A stretch of 64,000 nt of DNA from Eledone cirrhosa. Taxonomy: Eukaryota. The DNA lies in NCBI GenBank assembly GCA_964016885.1, contig OZ024741.1, positions 281,914,001 to 281,978,000 on the forward strand, given 5' to 3'. Both the position numbers and the translations under genes were made by a program. Shown in pieces: positions 63,625 through 64,000 of this stretch. The notes beneath the pieces were generated by a model. It did no database searches and was not told the DNA's origin. It saw nothing but the letters and a program-made list of their open reading frames with translations. Positions within the stretch are counted from its first letter, which is position 1. Every line of letters begins with the position of its first letter.

Positions 63625-64000
63625 ACACGCGGGTTAATCAGTTTATTCAAAAACATTATCAATCCAACGTGTTAAGAACTCAATTGAAAATAAAAAAATA
63701 AATATATGCGTGTATAAATTACACACGCATATAGATATTTTCTTAGGCTAAAATCAGAGGTTGTACCTGAATAAGAAACCGCATCTCGTAACCGTAGTAA
63801 ATACGGAAAGTTATGCTTAGAAGGGCAAATGGGAATGTAAATCTCTGGCCGAATTAAGAGTAAAATATAAAACACACGCGGGTTAATTAGTTATTTCAAA
63901 ACTAATATCAATTCCTCGTGTAAAGAACTTAATTAATTTAAAAAAATAATTGTATGCATGTAATTATATACATAGGCATAAATATATTTTCTTAGGCTAA
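63625..64000 (+). repeat. Diverged tandem repeat, period ~249 bp, running off the window
   Basis: ACACGCGGGTTAAT at 63625 and 63874; ATATTTTCTTAGGCTAA occurs in both units. Confidence 0.75.

Overview
AT-rich, repeat-saturated eukaryotic DNA. The SINE and RTE/Penelope content suggests an octopus or other cephalopod (inference). No complete host gene is visible. Retroelements: two RTE-clade LINEs with a PHD-type finger in ORF2 (651-3570 minus; ~37.1-40.8 kb plus), a CRE/SLACS-like RLE element (32.8-36.05 kb minus), a full-length L1/Tx1 element plus two truncated relatives sitting in a (GATA)n tract (42.2-48.4 kb), and a dense cluster of Penelope-like elements (PLEs) and their terminal repeats among (TA)n tracts (8.2-23.3 kb). 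DNA elements: a decayed Helitron carrying a 27-bp GCGCATGCGC minisatellite (50-55.6 kb), TTAA-flanked MITEs and hAT remnants. There are also many tRNA-derived SINEs. Most notable by eye: (i) about 15 intact, variant or decayed type I hammerhead ribozyme motifs, some with clear stem covariation; (ii) a non-coding, hairpin-packed ~430-bp tandem unit carrying a hammerhead at two loci (retrozyme-like); (iii) a Tx1 family apparently specific for (TATC)n; (iv) an isolated ADAM-type EGF exon between MITE ends. All coordinates were read by hand and element boundaries are approximate.
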